Made by a program: the position numbers and the translations under genes | Notes under the pieces: model-generated | Databases searched by the model: none | What the model saw: the letters and a program-made list of their open reading frames with translations, nothing else | Told to the model about the DNA's origin: nothing | Origin: Methanobacteriota archaeon | GTDB lineage: Archaea > Methanobacteriota > Methanobacteria > Methanobacteriales > Methanobacteriaceae | Direction: 5' to 3' | Assembly: GCA_963787255.1 (NCBI GenBank) | Contig: CAWBCJ010000029.1 | Location: 608,001 to 672,000, forward strand | Length of the DNA: 64,000 bases | Part shown: positions 9,505 through 22,304 of the stretch, piece after piece | Position numbering within the stretch: the first letter of the stretch is position 1 | How the letters are laid out: each line of letters opens with the position of its first letter

Positions 9505-10818
9505 ATGAGTTACAAGGGAGCTTCCAAGGCATTTTTAGAATCAGCAGGTATTTCTATTGGTGACAGTGTTAAAATAATTAAGAAGGATATTTGTTATGAA
9601 GGTATGATTTTGGATAGGTCAGAAGATGCAGATGATAAACACGTGGTTTTAAAACTTGAAAATGGTTATAATATTGGTTTAGAGATAACCAATGCAGAAA
9701 TAGAACTCGTTAAAAAGGGTGAAAAACCAAAAATTGAATTAAAACATCTTAAAATTGAAAAAAATCTTAATAAACATGATATATCAATTATATCTACTGG
9801 CGGAACTGTTGCATCGGTTATTGATTATAAAACTGGGGCTGTTCACCCGGCATTTACTGCAGATGACCTTATTCGGGCAAATCCCGAACTTATGGAACAT
9901 GCAAATATTAAAGGAAACGCAGTTTTGAACATTTTAAGCGAAAACATGAAACCAGAATACTGGGTTAAATCAGCCAGGGCAGTGGCAGACGAAATAAACG
10001 ATGGAGCTCAGGGTGTTGTTGTTGCGCATGGAACAGACACCATGCATTACACTGCAGCGGCATTAAGCTTTATTTTGGACACTCCAGTTCCGGTAGTAAT
10101 TACAGGAGCACAGAGAAGCTCTGATAGGCCATCATCCGATGCATTTTTAAATCTACTAAATTCTGTAACTGCTGCTAAATCGGACATTGCGGAGGTAATG
10201 GTTTGCATGCATGCAACAGAAAATGACTCTTTCTGCCTTTTACATCAAGGAACTAAAGTGAGAAAGATGCATTCGACAAGAAGAGATGCTTTTAGAAGTA
10301 TAAATGTTTCTCCAATTGCAAAGGTTCAAAATGGCAGTGTTAGGATCCTGGATAAAGAAATGAAATATAATAAAAGAAATGAGACAGAATTAAAGCTTCA
10401 TGATTCAATTGAACCTAATGTAGCATTTATTAAGAGCTATCCTGGAATTTCTGGAGAGTTAATTGACTACCATGTGGATAAAGGATATAAAGGGATTCTT
10501 TTAGAAGGAACGGGGCTTGGACACTGTCCAGAGGATATAGTTCCTTCCTTGGAGCGTGCTAAAGACAGCGGAATACCCGTAGTAATGACTTCTCAGTGTC
10601 TTTATGGAGAAGTTAATATGCATGTTTATAGTACTGGAAGAAAGCTTATATCTGCTGGTGTGATTTCTGCAGGGGATATTCTGCCTGAAACTGCTTTTGT
10701 AAAGCTCATATGGGCTCTTGGGCAGACAGATGACATAAAAGAGATCAAAAATATAATGAAGACTAATATTGCAGGAGAAATTCAAGACAAATTGTCTTTA
10801 AAATATTTTTTAGTATAA
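9505..10818 (+). CDS. gatD: Glu-tRNA(Gln) amidotransferase subunit D
   Basis: [34 protein letters not shown]; precedes gatE. Confidence 0.96.
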   Translation: MSYKGASKAFLESAGISIGDSVKIIKKDICYEGMILDRSEDADDKHVVLKLENGYNIGLEITNAEIELVKKGEKPKIELKHLKIEKNLNKHDISIISTGGTVASVIDYKTGAVHPAFTADDLIRANPELMEHANIKGNAVLNILSENMKPEYWVKSARAVADEINDGAQGVVVAHGTDTMHYTAAALSFILDTPVPVVITGAQRSSDRPSSDAFLNLLNSVTAAKSDIAEVMVCMHATENDSFCLLHQGTKVRKMHSTRRDAFRSINVSPIAKVQNGSVRILDKEMKYNKRNETELKLHDSIEPNVAFIKSYPGISGELIDYHVDKGYKGILLEGTGLGHCPEDIVPSLERAKDSGIPVVMTSQCLYGEVNMHVYSTGRKLISAGVISAGDILPETAFVKLIWALGQTDDIKEIKNIMKTNIAGEIQDKLSLKYFLV

Positions 10819-10838
10819 TGAAACTTATGGTGATTTAA

Positions 10839-12708
10839 ATGTTTGATTATGAAAAACTTGGACTTAAAATGGGTCTTGAAGTACACCAACAATTAAATAC
10901 GAATGAAAAGCTTTTCTGCCCATGCAAATGCAATTTAACTGATAAAAAACCAGAATTTAAGATTTTAAGGAACCTCAGGCCAACACAGAGCGAGCTTGGG
11001 AAAATTGACAGAGCAGCATTTGAAGAGTCAAGAAGGAAATTAAATTTTATTTACGAAGCATATACTCATGAAACATGCCTTGTCGAAGCAGATGAAGAGC
11101 CACCTCACCCTTTAAACTTAGAAGCACTTGAAATATCTCTTATATTGGCAAGCTTACTTAACATGCATGTTGTAGACGAATTTCACCTCATGAGAAAGCA
11201 GGTTATTGATGGAAGTAACACTGGAGGTTTTCAAAGGACAGGATTAGTTGCAACCGAAGGAATTCTTGAAACAGAGTACGGTGAAGTTGTAATTGAGAAC
11301 CTTTGTCTGGAAGAAGATGCTGCTAGAAGAATAGGGCATGAAAAAGGCATGGTTACATTTAGACTGGACAGACTTGGAATTCCTCTTGTAGAAATAACTA
11401 CATCTCCCTCAATGAAACATCCAGAGCAAGTAAAGGATGTAGCATATCAAATTGGTCAAATATTAAGAAGTACTAAAGTTAAAAGAGGTTTAGGCACTAT
11501 ACGTCAGGATTTAAACATTTCAATTAAGGAAGGCGCAAGGGTGGAAATAAAAGGAGTTCAAGAATCTTGATCTAATGCCAAAAATGGTTGAAAATGAAGT
11601 TAAAAGGCAAATAAATCTTTTAAAAATAAGAGATGAACTACTGAAAAGAGATGCATCAGTTGAAGATGACTTGTACGATTTGACAGATGTTTTAAGTGAA
11701 ACAAGCTCTAAAATCATATCAAAAGCTGAAAGTGTCTTTGCAATTAAACTTAACGGATTTAGAGGATTAATTGGGATGGAAATACAGCCGGGAAGAAGAT
11801 TTGGAACAGAACTTGCAGTATACGCTAAAAAAATGGGAGTATCTGGCCTTTTCCATACAGACGAGCTACCAGCATATGGAATCACAGGAAGTGAAGTAGC
11901 AGCCTTAAATGATTTTATGGGCATTGGTGAAGAAGATGCATTTATTTTAGTTGCTGATAATCTCGAAAAGGTTGAAAATGCCCTGCAGGAAGTCCAAAGA
12001 AGGGCAAGAATGGCTTTAAAAGGAGTACCTGAAGAAACACGAAAAGTAACGCCTGAAGGAAACACTGAATACTTGAGACCTCTTCCCACAGCAAGTAGAA
12101 TGTACGTTGAAACGGATATTCCGGCCAAAAGTATATCCCGCGGCTTGCTTGAAGATATTAAAGCTAATTTACCCGAACTTCCAGAAGAAAAAAAAGCTAG
12201 AATAATTAAAGAGTACAATTTAAGCGAAGATCTTGCAGCACAGCTTGTAAGGACTGATAGAGTAAATAGTTTCGAAGAAATTAAAGCAGAAACAAATGCA
12301 GACTCTACAACGCTTGCTTCAACGCTTGCTTACACTTTAAAAGAATTAAAAAGAGATGGATGTTCTGTAGAGGAACTAAACAATAATGCAATGGTTGAGG
12401 CATTCAATCTTTTAGGAAATAGTAAAATTTCTAAGGATGCAATCCCTCAAATTCTGGAAAATGTATGTAAAAAAGGTAATTCGCCACAAAAAGCAGCAGA
12501 AAGTCTTAATTTGATCATGCTATCTGCAGAGGATGTTGAAAAGATAATAATTGAGATAGTAGAGTCCAATAAAGCAATGGTGGATGATCGTGGAATGGGT
12601 GCAATGGGGCCGCTCATGGGAGTGGCAATGAAAAAACTTAAGGGAAAGGCCGACGGTAAGCTGGTGAATAAACTTTTGAAAGATAAAATACAGAATATAA
12701 TAAGTTGA
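10839..12708 (+). CDS. gatE: Glu-tRNA(Gln) amidotransferase subunit E with a +1 frameshift at about 11563 (probable sequencing error)
   Basis: [51 protein letters not shown]; removing one A in GAATCTT restores KGVQDLDLMPK. Confidence 0.95.
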
Positions 12709-12806
12709 ATATCAAATCTAAAAAAAGACTTAAATGAAAAAAATAAAAAGCATTTAAATTATTAAGAAAAGCCATATTTTAGATAATAAAACATTATGGT
12801 GATAAA

Positions 12807-13718
12807 ATGGACGATTATGATATTATTATTATTGGATCGGGACCTGCAGGATTAACGGCAGGTATTTATGCTGGAAGACAGGGATTAAAAACTTTAATTC
12901 TTGAAAAGGCAGTTACAGGTGGGGCTGCATTAATGGTTCCTAATATGGAGAATTATCCGGGATTTGAAATAATTTCAGGCAAAGAATTAATTGATAGAAA
13001 GAAGAAGCAGACACTAAAATACGCCCAGATAAATGAACTTGAAGAAGTTAAAAAAATAGAAATAGAGAATGAAAATGAAATAATCGTATCATCCCAAAAA
13101 AATGATTATAAGGCTAAATCAGTTATTCTGTGTACAGGAACTACTCATAGAAAACTGGGGGTGCCAGGAGAAGCGGAATTCCTTGGAAGGGGGGTTTTTT
13201 ACTGTGCAGTCTGTGATGGGCCTCTTTTTGTAGGTAAAAGGATTTTGGTAGCTGGTGGGGGAAACACAGCAGTGCAAGGTGCTTTATATCTTGATAATAT
13301 TGGATCTTATGTGGCAATTGTTCACAGAAGAGATGAACTTAGGGCTGAAAAGTATTTGCAGGAAAAATTAAATGATAGAGAAATTGCAGTAATTTGGGAC
13401 ACTGTTATAGATGAAATAAATGGTGATATGGTCGTAGAAAAAGTTGTACTGCATAACCGGAAAACCGATGAAGAAAATGAATATGATATAGATGGAATTT
13501 TCATAGCAATTGGAGAAATACCTTCTAACAGTTTAGCAGCAGACATGGGAGTGGAAATCGATCAAGGAGGATATATATTAACTGATAAAAGACAAAAGAC
13601 CAATATCCCACGAATTTATGCTGCAGGAGACAATACTGGTGGATTTAAGCAGTGGATAGTTGCAAGTGGTGAGGGTGCTGTAGCGGCACTATCTGCCTAT
13701 GAAGATTTGCAAAAATAA
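12807..13718 (+). CDS. trxB: Thioredoxin reductase (NAD(P)/FAD-dependent)
   Basis: [33 protein letters not shown]. Confidence 0.92.
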   Translation: MDDYDIIIIGSGPAGLTAGIYAGRQGLKTLILEKAVTGGAALMVPNMENYPGFEIISGKELIDRKKKQTLKYAQINELEEVKKIEIENENEIIVSSQKNDYKAKSVILCTGTTHRKLGVPGEAEFLGRGVFYCAVCDGPLFVGKRILVAGGGNTAVQGALYLDNIGSYVAIVHRRDELRAEKYLQEKLNDREIAVIWDTVIDEINGDMVVEKVVLHNRKTDEENEYDIDGIFIAIGEIPSNSLAADMGVEIDQGGYILTDKRQKTNIPRIYAAGDNTGGFKQWIVASGEGAVAALSAYEDLQK

Positions 13719-13774
13719 GTTTCCTTTTTTATTTTAGACCATTAAACAAAATAATTTAAACGCGGTGAATTAAT

Positions 13775-14920
13775 ATGGAATGCCAGGATTACGCATTAAC
13801 AAGAAACACAGAAAGAGATAATTTAAACTTAAATCCTCTCCAGCGTGGTGGAGTACTGCCTGTAGAAGCGAGAAAAGCATTAATGGAGTATTCAGATGGG
13901 TACAGTGTCTGTGATTACTGTGCAGGTAGACTTGATCAGATACCAAATCCCTCAATAACTGGATTTTTAGACGATCTGGCCGGATTTATAAATGTTGACG
14001 AGGCAAGAACCACTCATGGTGCAAGAGAGAGTAAGTTTGCCATAATGCATGCCTTATGCGAGCCAGGAGACACAATTATTGTGGATGGAAATGCTCATTA
14101 TACAACTCATCTTGCTGCTGAACGAAACAAGCTTGAAATGATTGAAGTTCCAAATAATGGGCATCCTGAATACAGTATAACACCACAAAAATATCAGGAA
14201 ACTCTGGAAAATGCTGTTGATAAAGGAATAGATATAAAATTGGCTTTACTTACTCATGTTGATGGTAATTACGGTAATCTTACAGATGCCAAGGAAATTG
14301 GCAAAGTTGCACATAAAGCAGGGATTCCTATAATTTTAAACTGTGCATATTCAATGGGAAGACTTCCAATAGATGCTAAAGATATGAATATGGATTTCGT
14401 GGTTGGGAGCGGTCATAAAAGTATGGCGGCGTCAGGTCCAATCGGTGTAATTGGAATGAAGGAAGAATACGCTGAAACAGTGCTTGGATTATCTAAAAGA
14501 CATGCAGTTAAGGAGATTGAAATGCTTGGATGTACAAGTAGAGGTGCACCAATAGCCACCTTGATGGCATCACTTCCTCATGTTGTAGAGAGGGTCAAGC
14601 ATTGGGACGAAGAAGTTCAAAAGACACGGAATTTTGTAAGTCAAATGGAGGAAATTGAGGGGATCACACAGGTTGGAATTCGACCTAAAGAGCACGACCT
14701 CACCAGATTTGAAACTCCAGTTTTTGATGAAATAGCTCAAAAACATCCACGAAGAGGATTTTTCTTATATGAAGAACTTAAAAAGAAGAATATTGTAGGA
14801 ATAAAACGCGGACAAACAAAATGGTTTAAATGCAGTGTTTACGGATTTAGTGAAGAACAGGTAAGTTATATTGCAGACTCATTTAAGGAAATCGTTGAAA
14901 AATATAAAGAATATCTTTAA
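13775..14920 (+). CDS. pscS: O-phosphoseryl-tRNA:Cys-tRNA synthase (SepCysS)
   Basis: [26 protein letters not shown] (PLP Lys), LGCTSRG. Confidence 0.93.
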   Translation: MECQDYALTRNTERDNLNLNPLQRGGVLPVEARKALMEYSDGYSVCDYCAGRLDQIPNPSITGFLDDLAGFINVDEARTTHGARESKFAIMHALCEPGDTIIVDGNAHYTTHLAAERNKLEMIEVPNNGHPEYSITPQKYQETLENAVDKGIDIKLALLTHVDGNYGNLTDAKEIGKVAHKAGIPIILNCAYSMGRLPIDAKDMNMDFVVGSGHKSMAASGPIGVIGMKEEYAETVLGLSKRHAVKEIEMLGCTSRGAPIATLMASLPHVVERVKHWDEEVQKTRNFVSQMEEIEGITQVGIRPKEHDLTRFETPVFDEIAQKHPRRGFFLYEELKKKNIVGIKRGQTKWFKCSVYGFSEEQVSYIADSFKEIVEKYKEYL

Positions 14921-14971
14921 ATTTTATTTTTTCATATTTAATTTACTAAAAAAAGGAAATATAGGGTTTTA

Positions 14972-17900
14972 TTATAGTCCTGTTGTGAAACTGAATGTGT
15001 AAGCTGCACAATTGTTTCCTGCGCTATCTTTAATAGCTCCTGCTGGAATGTACACTTGGAATAATGTGCTAGCTGCTCTTCTATTTGTTGAGATTGTTAA
15101 AGTATTTCCTGAAATTAATTTGCTAATTGAAAGTACACTTCCTGTTTTCATGTTTTTAACGTATATTTGTGACCAATTAGTGCTTGATTTAATATTTTCA
15201 CCGAATTGAATAACTATGTTACTTCCTCTTGAAACTCCAGTAGTTCCATTTTTAGGAGTAATAGAGACCACTATCGGTGCTGTTTTATCTATTGTATATG
15301 TTTCAGTATAAACTGGAGAATGATTACCTGCTAAATCATAGGCAATAAACTTCAAGGTAGTAGTTGAACTTATTGTTATAGGTCCAGTGTACATTAAGCT
15401 TGTTTTAGTTGGTGTAGTTCCATTTAACGTGTAATAAATTGTTCCTGCTTCATTCATTGTAAGGGTAATTAATTTATCAACATTATATGTCCCTGTTTTG
15501 ATGTCTGCACTTGCTGTTGGGGGTGTGGTGTCTTGAATTGTGGTGAAATTGCTGCTGAAAGCAGTTATGTTATTTCCAGCTAAGTCAGTTATTGAGTTTG
15601 CTGGCAAATTAATAATGTATTTAGTTCCTAGAGCGTAACTTGCACTGTTAGTTAGTGTTAAAACATTACCACTAATGGATTTGGTTATGCTTGTTACTAT
15701 TGCGCCGTTATTGGTTATGTTGATATTATTGTATGCTGTTCCTGATTTTATTGCTTCATTAAAGGTTATTTTGATTATTTTGTTGACTGCAACGTTTGTA
15801 GAACCATTAGCTGGATCTACACTTGTAATGCTTGGAGCAGTTGTATCTGTAACAGGATTACCTGCTACTTCATGGTACCATTCGTTAACAGTTAATGTTT
15901 TAACTCCAATTTGAGAAATATATTGGATTAAACCACTGAAGTTGGATATGGTCCATTGCCAGTCATTAGGGTTACTTGCAACTATTTCGTGTAGTAGTAT
16001 CATGGCGGTTGTGTTTGCTGATATTGCACCATCAACAATTGATTTAGCCTGATCTAAAGTATGATATCCGGTGATTCCATTAATTTCTTTATCTGGAAGC
16101 TGTAGTAAATCCGCAGGGGGATTAGTTATATAACCTTCGTTTATTGTTCTATGAATCAGTACTCCCAATTCACGTAATACTCCTAGTAACTCATCATTAT
16201 ACGCTCCATAAGGGCTTGCAAAATAATAAGCACCATCTGAAAATCCGTTATTATTAAGCCAAGTTATAGCTGTCTGAACTTCAGAAACTTTAGCTGTCCT
16301 ACTTAATGTCGTAAGATCTATATGCTCATTGGCATGGCTTGCTATAGTCCATCCGGCATTATGTAATTCCTGAAGTTCTGCTAAAGTCATATACCAAGGA
16401 GTTCCGATATATGCAGTATTAATAAATACGGTTCCTTTGATTCCGTATTGTTTCATTATTGGGTATGCATTTAGATATATTGATTCAGCTCCGTCATCAA
16501 AGGTTATAACTATCTTGGGGGTTATGGCAGGATTTGCAGCGTTCATTGTAGTGAAATTGCTGGTAAATGCGGTTATGTTATTTCCTGCTAGGTCGGTTAT
16601 TGAATTGGCTGGCAAGTTAATAACGTATTTAGTTCCTATAGCGTAATTTGCACTATTAGTTAATGTTAAAACGCTACCGTTAATGGATTTGGTTATGCTT
16701 GATACTACTGCACCGTTATTGGTTATAGTTGATGCTATTGTATGCTGTTCCTGCTTTTATTGGTTCATTAAATGTTATGTTGATAATTTTATTAAGTGGA
16801 ACGTTTACTGCATTGTTTACTGGGTCAATACCTGTTATTGTAGGCGGTACATTATCTTGAATTGTGGTGAAGTTGCTGGTGAAGGCAGTTATGTTATTTC
16901 CTGCTAGGTCGGTTATTGAGTTTACAGGCAAGTTAATAACGTATTTTGTTCCTATAGCGTAACTTGCGCTGTTAGTTAGTGTTAAAACATTACCAGCTAA
17001 TGGATTTGGTTATGCTTGATACTATTGCGCCGTTATTGGTTATATTGATGCTATTGTATGCTGTTCCTGCTTTTATTGCTTCATTAAAGGTTATTTTGAT
17101 TACTTTATTGACTGCAACGTTTATAGCACTATTAGCTGGATCAACACTTGTAATATTTGGAGCAGTTGTATCTGTAACAGGATTACCTGTTACTTCCTGG
17201 TACCATTCGTTAACGGTTAATGTTTTAACTCCAGTTTGAGAAATATATTGAATTAATCCATTAAAATTAGCTTACACTCCACTGCCAGTTCGCCATCTTC
17301 ACCAGAAGCAATTACTGGAAGTATTTCGTGTAGTAGTATGATAGCGGTTGTGTTTGTGGATATTGCACCATCAACAATTGATTTAGCCTGAGCTAAAGTA
17401 TGATATCCGTCAACTCCATTTATTTCTTTATCTGGGAGTCGTAATAAATCAGCAGGAGGATTTGTAATGTAACCATCTTCTACTGTTCGATGGATTTTTA
17501 TTCCTAATTGACGTAATACATCCAATACTTCATCATCGTATGATCCATATGGTCTTGCAAAATAATATGCACCATCTCCAAATCCATTACTATTAAGCCA
17601 ATTTATAGCTGTTTGAACTTCAGAAACTTTATTTGCTCTACTTAATGTTGTAAGATCTAAATGTTCATTTCCATGGTTTGCTACGGTCCATCCGGCATTA
17701 TGTAATTCTTGAAGTTCTGCTAGGGTCATATACCAATCGTCTCCAATAAAAGCCGGATTGACAAATACGGTTCCTTTGATTCCGTATTGTTGCATTATGG
17801 GATATGCGTAGGTATATACTGATTCAGCTCCATCATCAAAGGTTAAAACTATTGTTCCATTTACACTGTTGGCTGCAGCTAATGCTGATACACTACTTTC

Positions 17901-18264
17901 AGTGTAAGTTAATTCTTGGGTTGGACTAGAACTAGTGGTTACTGCCGAATTATTGGAAGAATCAGCCACATCTTCATTAGTTTTTTGTGTAGGCGTTGTA
18001 TTTGAGGATGCAGTAGTTAGTGTTTTGTTTGATTCGCTTGTTGGTGTAGGGGACGAATTTTGGGTATTATCATAATTTGTGGTGTTCGTTATTGTAGAAT
18101 TGTTATTTCCAGAATCATTAGCATAAGTATTGTCTCCAGTAACTGCAGAAACTTCACTAATACTTATGCTGAATGCCAAAGTCAGGAGCAACAAAAAAAT
18201 AATGATTTTATTTTTATGTCTAAAATTTGTAAAATTACTTAAAATTTCACGATTTTTAATTCAT
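14972..18264 (-). CDS. Large secreted protein with two NodB/CE4 polysaccharide deacetylase domains, Ig-like (Big_5-type) repeats and a chitobiase/Fn3-like domain; split by several +1 insertions
   Basis: Signal peptide and S/T-rich linker; two TFDDG...H...H...PYG...LLHEI domains; Ig repeats IxFNExI...GNxLT...ITDLAGN; IYYTLNG domain. Single-base insertions near 18260, 17288, 17272, 16996 and 16727 break the frame; GGAGG RBS before the ATG at 18264. Confidence 0.8.
15531..17850. repeat. Intragenic duplication of about 1 kb (deacetylase plus Ig unit): about 15531-16510 and about 16855-17850
   Basis: Near-identical DNA at offset about 1325, e.g. agcagttgtatctgtaacaggattacctg at 15836 and 17161. 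Confidence 0.88.
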
Positions 18265-18656
18265 ATTCCCTCCAATCGCTTTTTTAGATAAAAACTTGAT
18301 TTATTAAAAGTTATTTTGTTTAATAAAGAGATTAAATATCTAAAATTTAAGATACAGCCCGTAATTTTAGATATTAATATTATGGTAGTATATTATTACT
18401 AATATATAATAAATTAAGGTAATAAATAGTTAACTATTAGTAATAAAATAAAGAATATTATTTTTTTAAAGGAGACACTTTTTTACGGTATCTTGCAAAG
18501 TTTAGACTTGTTTATCAGGCAAAAATGGAAATAAATAATGATAAAAATATTAAAAAGTTGATAACTCAACTCGCTTATGAAAACATAAGTCGACATATTC
18601 CTCTATCTAACATGAATTACAAATTAAATATACAAAACTAATTAGGATTTTAATAT

Positions 18657-19460
18657 ATGAAAATTCGAGAAATAGAATCTAAATCAATTTTCTCAAAAAC
18701 CGGAATTCCAGTTGCAGATTATGTAATAAATCCTTATGTAGGTTGCATTCATTCTTGTATGTTCTGTTACGCACGTTTTATGAAAAGATTTACTGGACAT
18801 CAAGAAGAATGGGGAGACTTTATAGATGTTAAAATAAATGCCCCTGACTTAATCCCTAAAAAAGCCACTAAATATAAAGGTAAATACATCTTTCTTTCAT
18901 CTGTAACTGATCCATATCTACCTTTAGAACGTAAATACAAACTAACACGTAGAATAATAGAAAAATTAATTCCATTAAAGCCAGTTTTAGGAATTCTCAC
19001 CAAATCGGATTTAATTTTAAGAGATATTGATTTAATAAAACAATTCCAATCATCAGAGGTTGGATTTTCATTTTCAACCCTTGATGAAAAAATAAGAAAG
19101 AAAGTGGAACCCGGAGCAAAACCTGTTAAAATGAGAATAAAAGCATTAAAAGAAATTCATGATGCCGAAATAAAAACCTATGTTTTTATAAGTCCTATTT
19201 TACCTTATTTAACAGATTGGGAAGATATAGTTGAAAAAACAAGAGATCATGCTGATTATTTCATGTTTGAAAATCTAAACGTCACTGGAACTGTATGGGC
19301 TTCTGTTAAACGTTTTTTAGAAGAAAAATATCCGGATTTGACTCAAAAATACAGAGAAATCTATTTTAAAGATAATCCATACTGGGAAATTGTTGAAGAA
19401 GAAATAATTGAATTTTGTAAAAATGAGAATCTTGAATGCAAAATGTATTTCCATCACTAA
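18657..19460 (+). CDS. Radical SAM protein, spore photoproduct lyase (SplB)-like family
   Basis: INPYVGCIHSCMFCYARFM, SSVTDPY, LTKS, EPGA, SPILP. Confidence 0.85.
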   Translation: MKIREIESKSIFSKTGIPVADYVINPYVGCIHSCMFCYARFMKRFTGHQEEWGDFIDVKINAPDLIPKKATKYKGKYIFLSSVTDPYLPLERKYKLTRRIIEKLIPLKPVLGILTKSDLILRDIDLIKQFQSSEVGFSFSTLDEKIRKKVEPGAKPVKMRIKALKEIHDAEIKTYVFISPILPYLTDWEDIVEKTRDHADYFMFENLNVTGTVWASVKRFLEEKYPDLTQKYREIYFKDNPYWEIVEEEIIEFCKNENLECKMYFHH

Positions 19461-19474
19461 AAAAAAGGAAATGG

Positions 19475-19939
19475 TTATTTATTAATTTTAATTACTGGAA
19501 ATTGTACCTCTGTAAGCAGTTCTTCAGGTTTTACTTCGTTTGGACTATTTAGATAAACCTCAGTAACAGGTCCTATTATGTCATAACCATTTTCTATAGC
19601 ATATTTAGCTAATCCATCAATTATTGGTCCTACTTGGTCATAAGGACCATTATGCATGGTTGCAACTACTGTATGCTCTGGAATTATTTTAACCTGAACG
19701 TTTCCTTCATCACTAGCAGTACCTTCAAATGAAGCCCCTATTTCATAGAAAAGTTCTTCTGGCGGTACATCATCAGGCCTATTGAAATAAGCTCCGTAAA
19801 TCATTCCGGTCATATTAAGGTTTTTATTCATCACCCATTCTATTACTTCGCCCATAAGTTCTGGAATCTTATCATAAGGTCCTCTATATCTTATAAATGC
19901 CACTTGTGTGTCTTGCATCCTTTTTTCTTCTACTTCCAT
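19475..19939 (-). CDS. GyrI-like small-molecule-binding protein
   Basis: Duplicated GPYD motifs, EVYLNSP, TEVQFP. Confidence 0.88.
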   Translation of the reverse strand: MEVEEKRMQDTQVAFIRYRGPYDKIPELMGEVIEWVMNKNLNMTGMIYGAYFNRPDDVPPEELFYEIGASFEGTASDEGNVQVKIIPEHTVVATMHNGPYDQVGPIIDGLAKYAIENGYDIIGPVTEVYLNSPNEVKPEELLTEVQFPVIKINK

Positions 19940-20237
19940 AATAAAATCCTCCAGTAAACTTTTGAATATTGAACTTTAATAATTTTTTGGATACTGAACT
20001 ATTTTCAATTATAAAAGTCATAATATATTTTTCAGCTACTTTTTTTGAGTTTAATTGCAAGATTTGACCTTTCCATGGCCAAACCCAATTTGTAAACATA
20101 TTGAACTCAGATTTTCAAGAAAGCTTCACTTATAATGTCCATTTTGCCATACAATAAATAGTTACATCCTAAGATGGAAATAAGGTATTTAAATGTATAT
20201 TATAGTATTAAAAAAGTAAATTAAAAAAAATTGAATT

Positions 20238-20501
20238 TTATTCTACAATTCTAACTTCCTGTATTGCAGGTTTGGCTATAGCTCTAGCAATAATTACTGT
20301 TGCTACAACTGCAATTATGGTAATTAAAACTGCATAAATAAGCAGACCAGTAATTCCGCCCTGTTTTGGGAATAATTCCAGAATGATTGCTTTAATTGCT
20401 TCATTCCATGCTAGTGCGGCGATTAATCCAAAAGCGGTTGTCATTAATGTTGCTATTGTTGCAAGCACCTGGCCTTTCATTTCTACAACTGTTTCTTTCA
20501 T
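20238..20501 (-). CDS. Small membrane protein (DUF5654-like)
   Basis: TAFGLIAALAWNEAIK, two TM helices, GGAGG RBS. Confidence 0.75.
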   Translation of the reverse strand: MKETVVEMKGQVLATIATLMTTAFGLIAALAWNEAIKAIILELFPKQGGITGLLIYAVLITIIAVVATVIIARAIAKPAIQEVRIVE

Positions 20502-20639
20502 TTTAATATACCTCCTAAAAATAAAAGTTAGTATTATATTACTATGTTAGTAAATAAATACATTTTGGTTTTTAAGGAGTATTATTTATTTATAAGTTGA
20601 TTTTAGAAATTTTATACGGATATAACTGATATTAATAAA

Positions 20640-21353
20640 TTATTTACCATCATTATCCTCGTAATCAGTCATGAGTTCGATTTCCTCGTCTAAAAGTGAC
20701 GGTCCGCCTTTTTTCTCATGTCTAATTAAGAGCCATAAACCAAAAGTAGCACCTATAAGTGCACCCACTATGTCTAGAATCAGATCAGTCATTGTATCAG
20801 TAAAAGGGTCTAATATTGGAGATCCTTGAGTTAAAACACCTCTAGAGATATAAAAATTCGTAGCAGGACCTATAAACTGATCATAAATATATTCTATTAC
20901 TTCTATTATGCCTCCAAGCCCAATTGTAACCAGAACTATTATACCAAATGCCAATGCATAACTGGCTTTGAATTTACCGAATCGATAACCAATATAAACC
21001 AGCAGCATTCCTACAAATGATGTTATAGTAGGAACCAGGGCATGCTGAAACTTGTCATAATATTCAAATCTCCAATAAAAACCCAATGAATTAGCAATTA
21101 CATACTCAAAGGTCACTATTAAAAGGAAAAGAATTTCAACTTCAAGGGGAATAAAGATATGCTGACGTGTTAAAATTGTAGGAAGCAGAATAAGAAACAC
21201 TGCAATAAGGATCATAATGCCAAAAACAGGAAATCCAAAGAGGATCTCATAAATTCCAAACGATATAAGAAATATCCTCAAACTCCAGGCAACAGTAACA
21301 CTTGTTTTGTGATTTTTAAAGAGAGAATTTTCCATTTCAAACATATTCTGCAC
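20640..21353 (-). CDS. Multi-pass membrane protein
   Basis: Several TM helices with YDKFQH, EVIEY and DTMTDL motifs. Confidence 0.75.
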   Translation of the reverse strand: MQNMFEMENSLFKNHKTSVTVAWSLRIFLISFGIYEILFGFPVFGIMILIAVFLILLPTILTRQHIFIPLEVEILFLLIVTFEYVIANSLGFYWRFEYYDKFQHALVPTITSFVGMLLVYIGYRFGKFKASYALAFGIIVLVTIGLGGIIEVIEYIYDQFIGPATNFYISRGVLTQGSPILDPFTDTMTDLILDIVGALIGATFGLWLLIRHEKKGGPSLLDEEIELMTDYEDNDGK

Positions 21354-21557
21354 CTGAAATATTTGATATTGAGGTTATAGTACTACAATTATAATAGATT
21401 TTTCTAATTTTTTTTGCTTAAATTGATTTTTTTTCAATCATTCTTTTATTATCTATTTTTAAAAGAAAAAAAATATTATCTGTAAATTTATAAAATAAAT
21501 TAGGAAAAAGAATATGATTTAATATTCTATGAGATAATGCCTTTTTGAAAAATAAGA

Positions 21558-22055
21558 CTATTTAGCAGCTCCAGGATTTGCATCAGTATTTAAGACTATT
21601 GCATTGTCTGCAGAGTTTTTTAAGGCTATGCTGAAGCCTGGTTCGGCGCCAATAACTATGGTTTCTTTTCCATTTTCTTTAGCGATGTTTATTAAAGGTA
21701 AAAAGTCTGCATTACGTGTCATCAATGCAATAACATCTATATTAGGATTATAAATTAGTTCGAAAGCCTCTACAGCTAGCTGAACATCAACATCGCCTGC
21801 AACTATTATGGGGGAAAAACCTTGGTTTACAACAGCTTCAATTAGCTTATCTGAAGCATACTGGTTCATCAAAACCTTTGCCACTTTTAATTTACCTGTT
21901 TCGTTTACTATCTCTTTTATTATTTCCAAATCCAGATGGAATTCATTCCGGAGCATATTGGGTCCATCTATTAATAATCCCACGTTTTTATCTCCAGATT
22001 TTCGTGTTAAGGGAATATACTCCTTAAACGAAGTTAATTTTTCTAAATTACGCAC
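21558..22055 (-). CDS. NYN domain protein (TIGR00288 family)
   Basis: [32 protein letters not shown]. Confidence 0.88.
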   Translation of the reverse strand: MRNLEKLTSFKEYIPLTRKSGDKNVGLLIDGPNMLRNEFHLDLEIIKEIVNETGKLKVAKVLMNQYASDKLIEAVVNQGFSPIIVAGDVDVQLAVEAFELIYNPNIDVIALMTRNADFLPLINIAKENGKETIVIGAEPGFSIALKNSADNAIVLNTDANPGAAK

Positions 22056-22304
22056 GTTTTCACTCCTATGGTTTTAAATTGTTTGATGATTATAACATTA
22101 AATTGAATAAATTAAATGTTCATACTTTTTTATATGTATTAATATATGTGTTCAAAGCCTATAAATATATGCCAAGTTCTCACCAAAATTCAAAAAGGAA
22201 CTACTAAAAAAATTTGAGTAAAATACATTAAAATGATTTATGGATACTTAAAATATGCTCAATTCATTTATAACCGTATTTTAAGTTATTTTATACTATA
22301 TTAA

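Noticed and set aside
11555-11575. Programmed frameshifting in gatE (also korA, TetR, GNAT)
   Set aside because: No slippery heptamer or stimulatory structure; the many similar indels point to sequencing error
19884-20099. 71-aa minus-strand ORF upstream of the GyrI-like gene
   Set aside because: Overlaps the GyrI gene start out of frame, with no motifs or RBS
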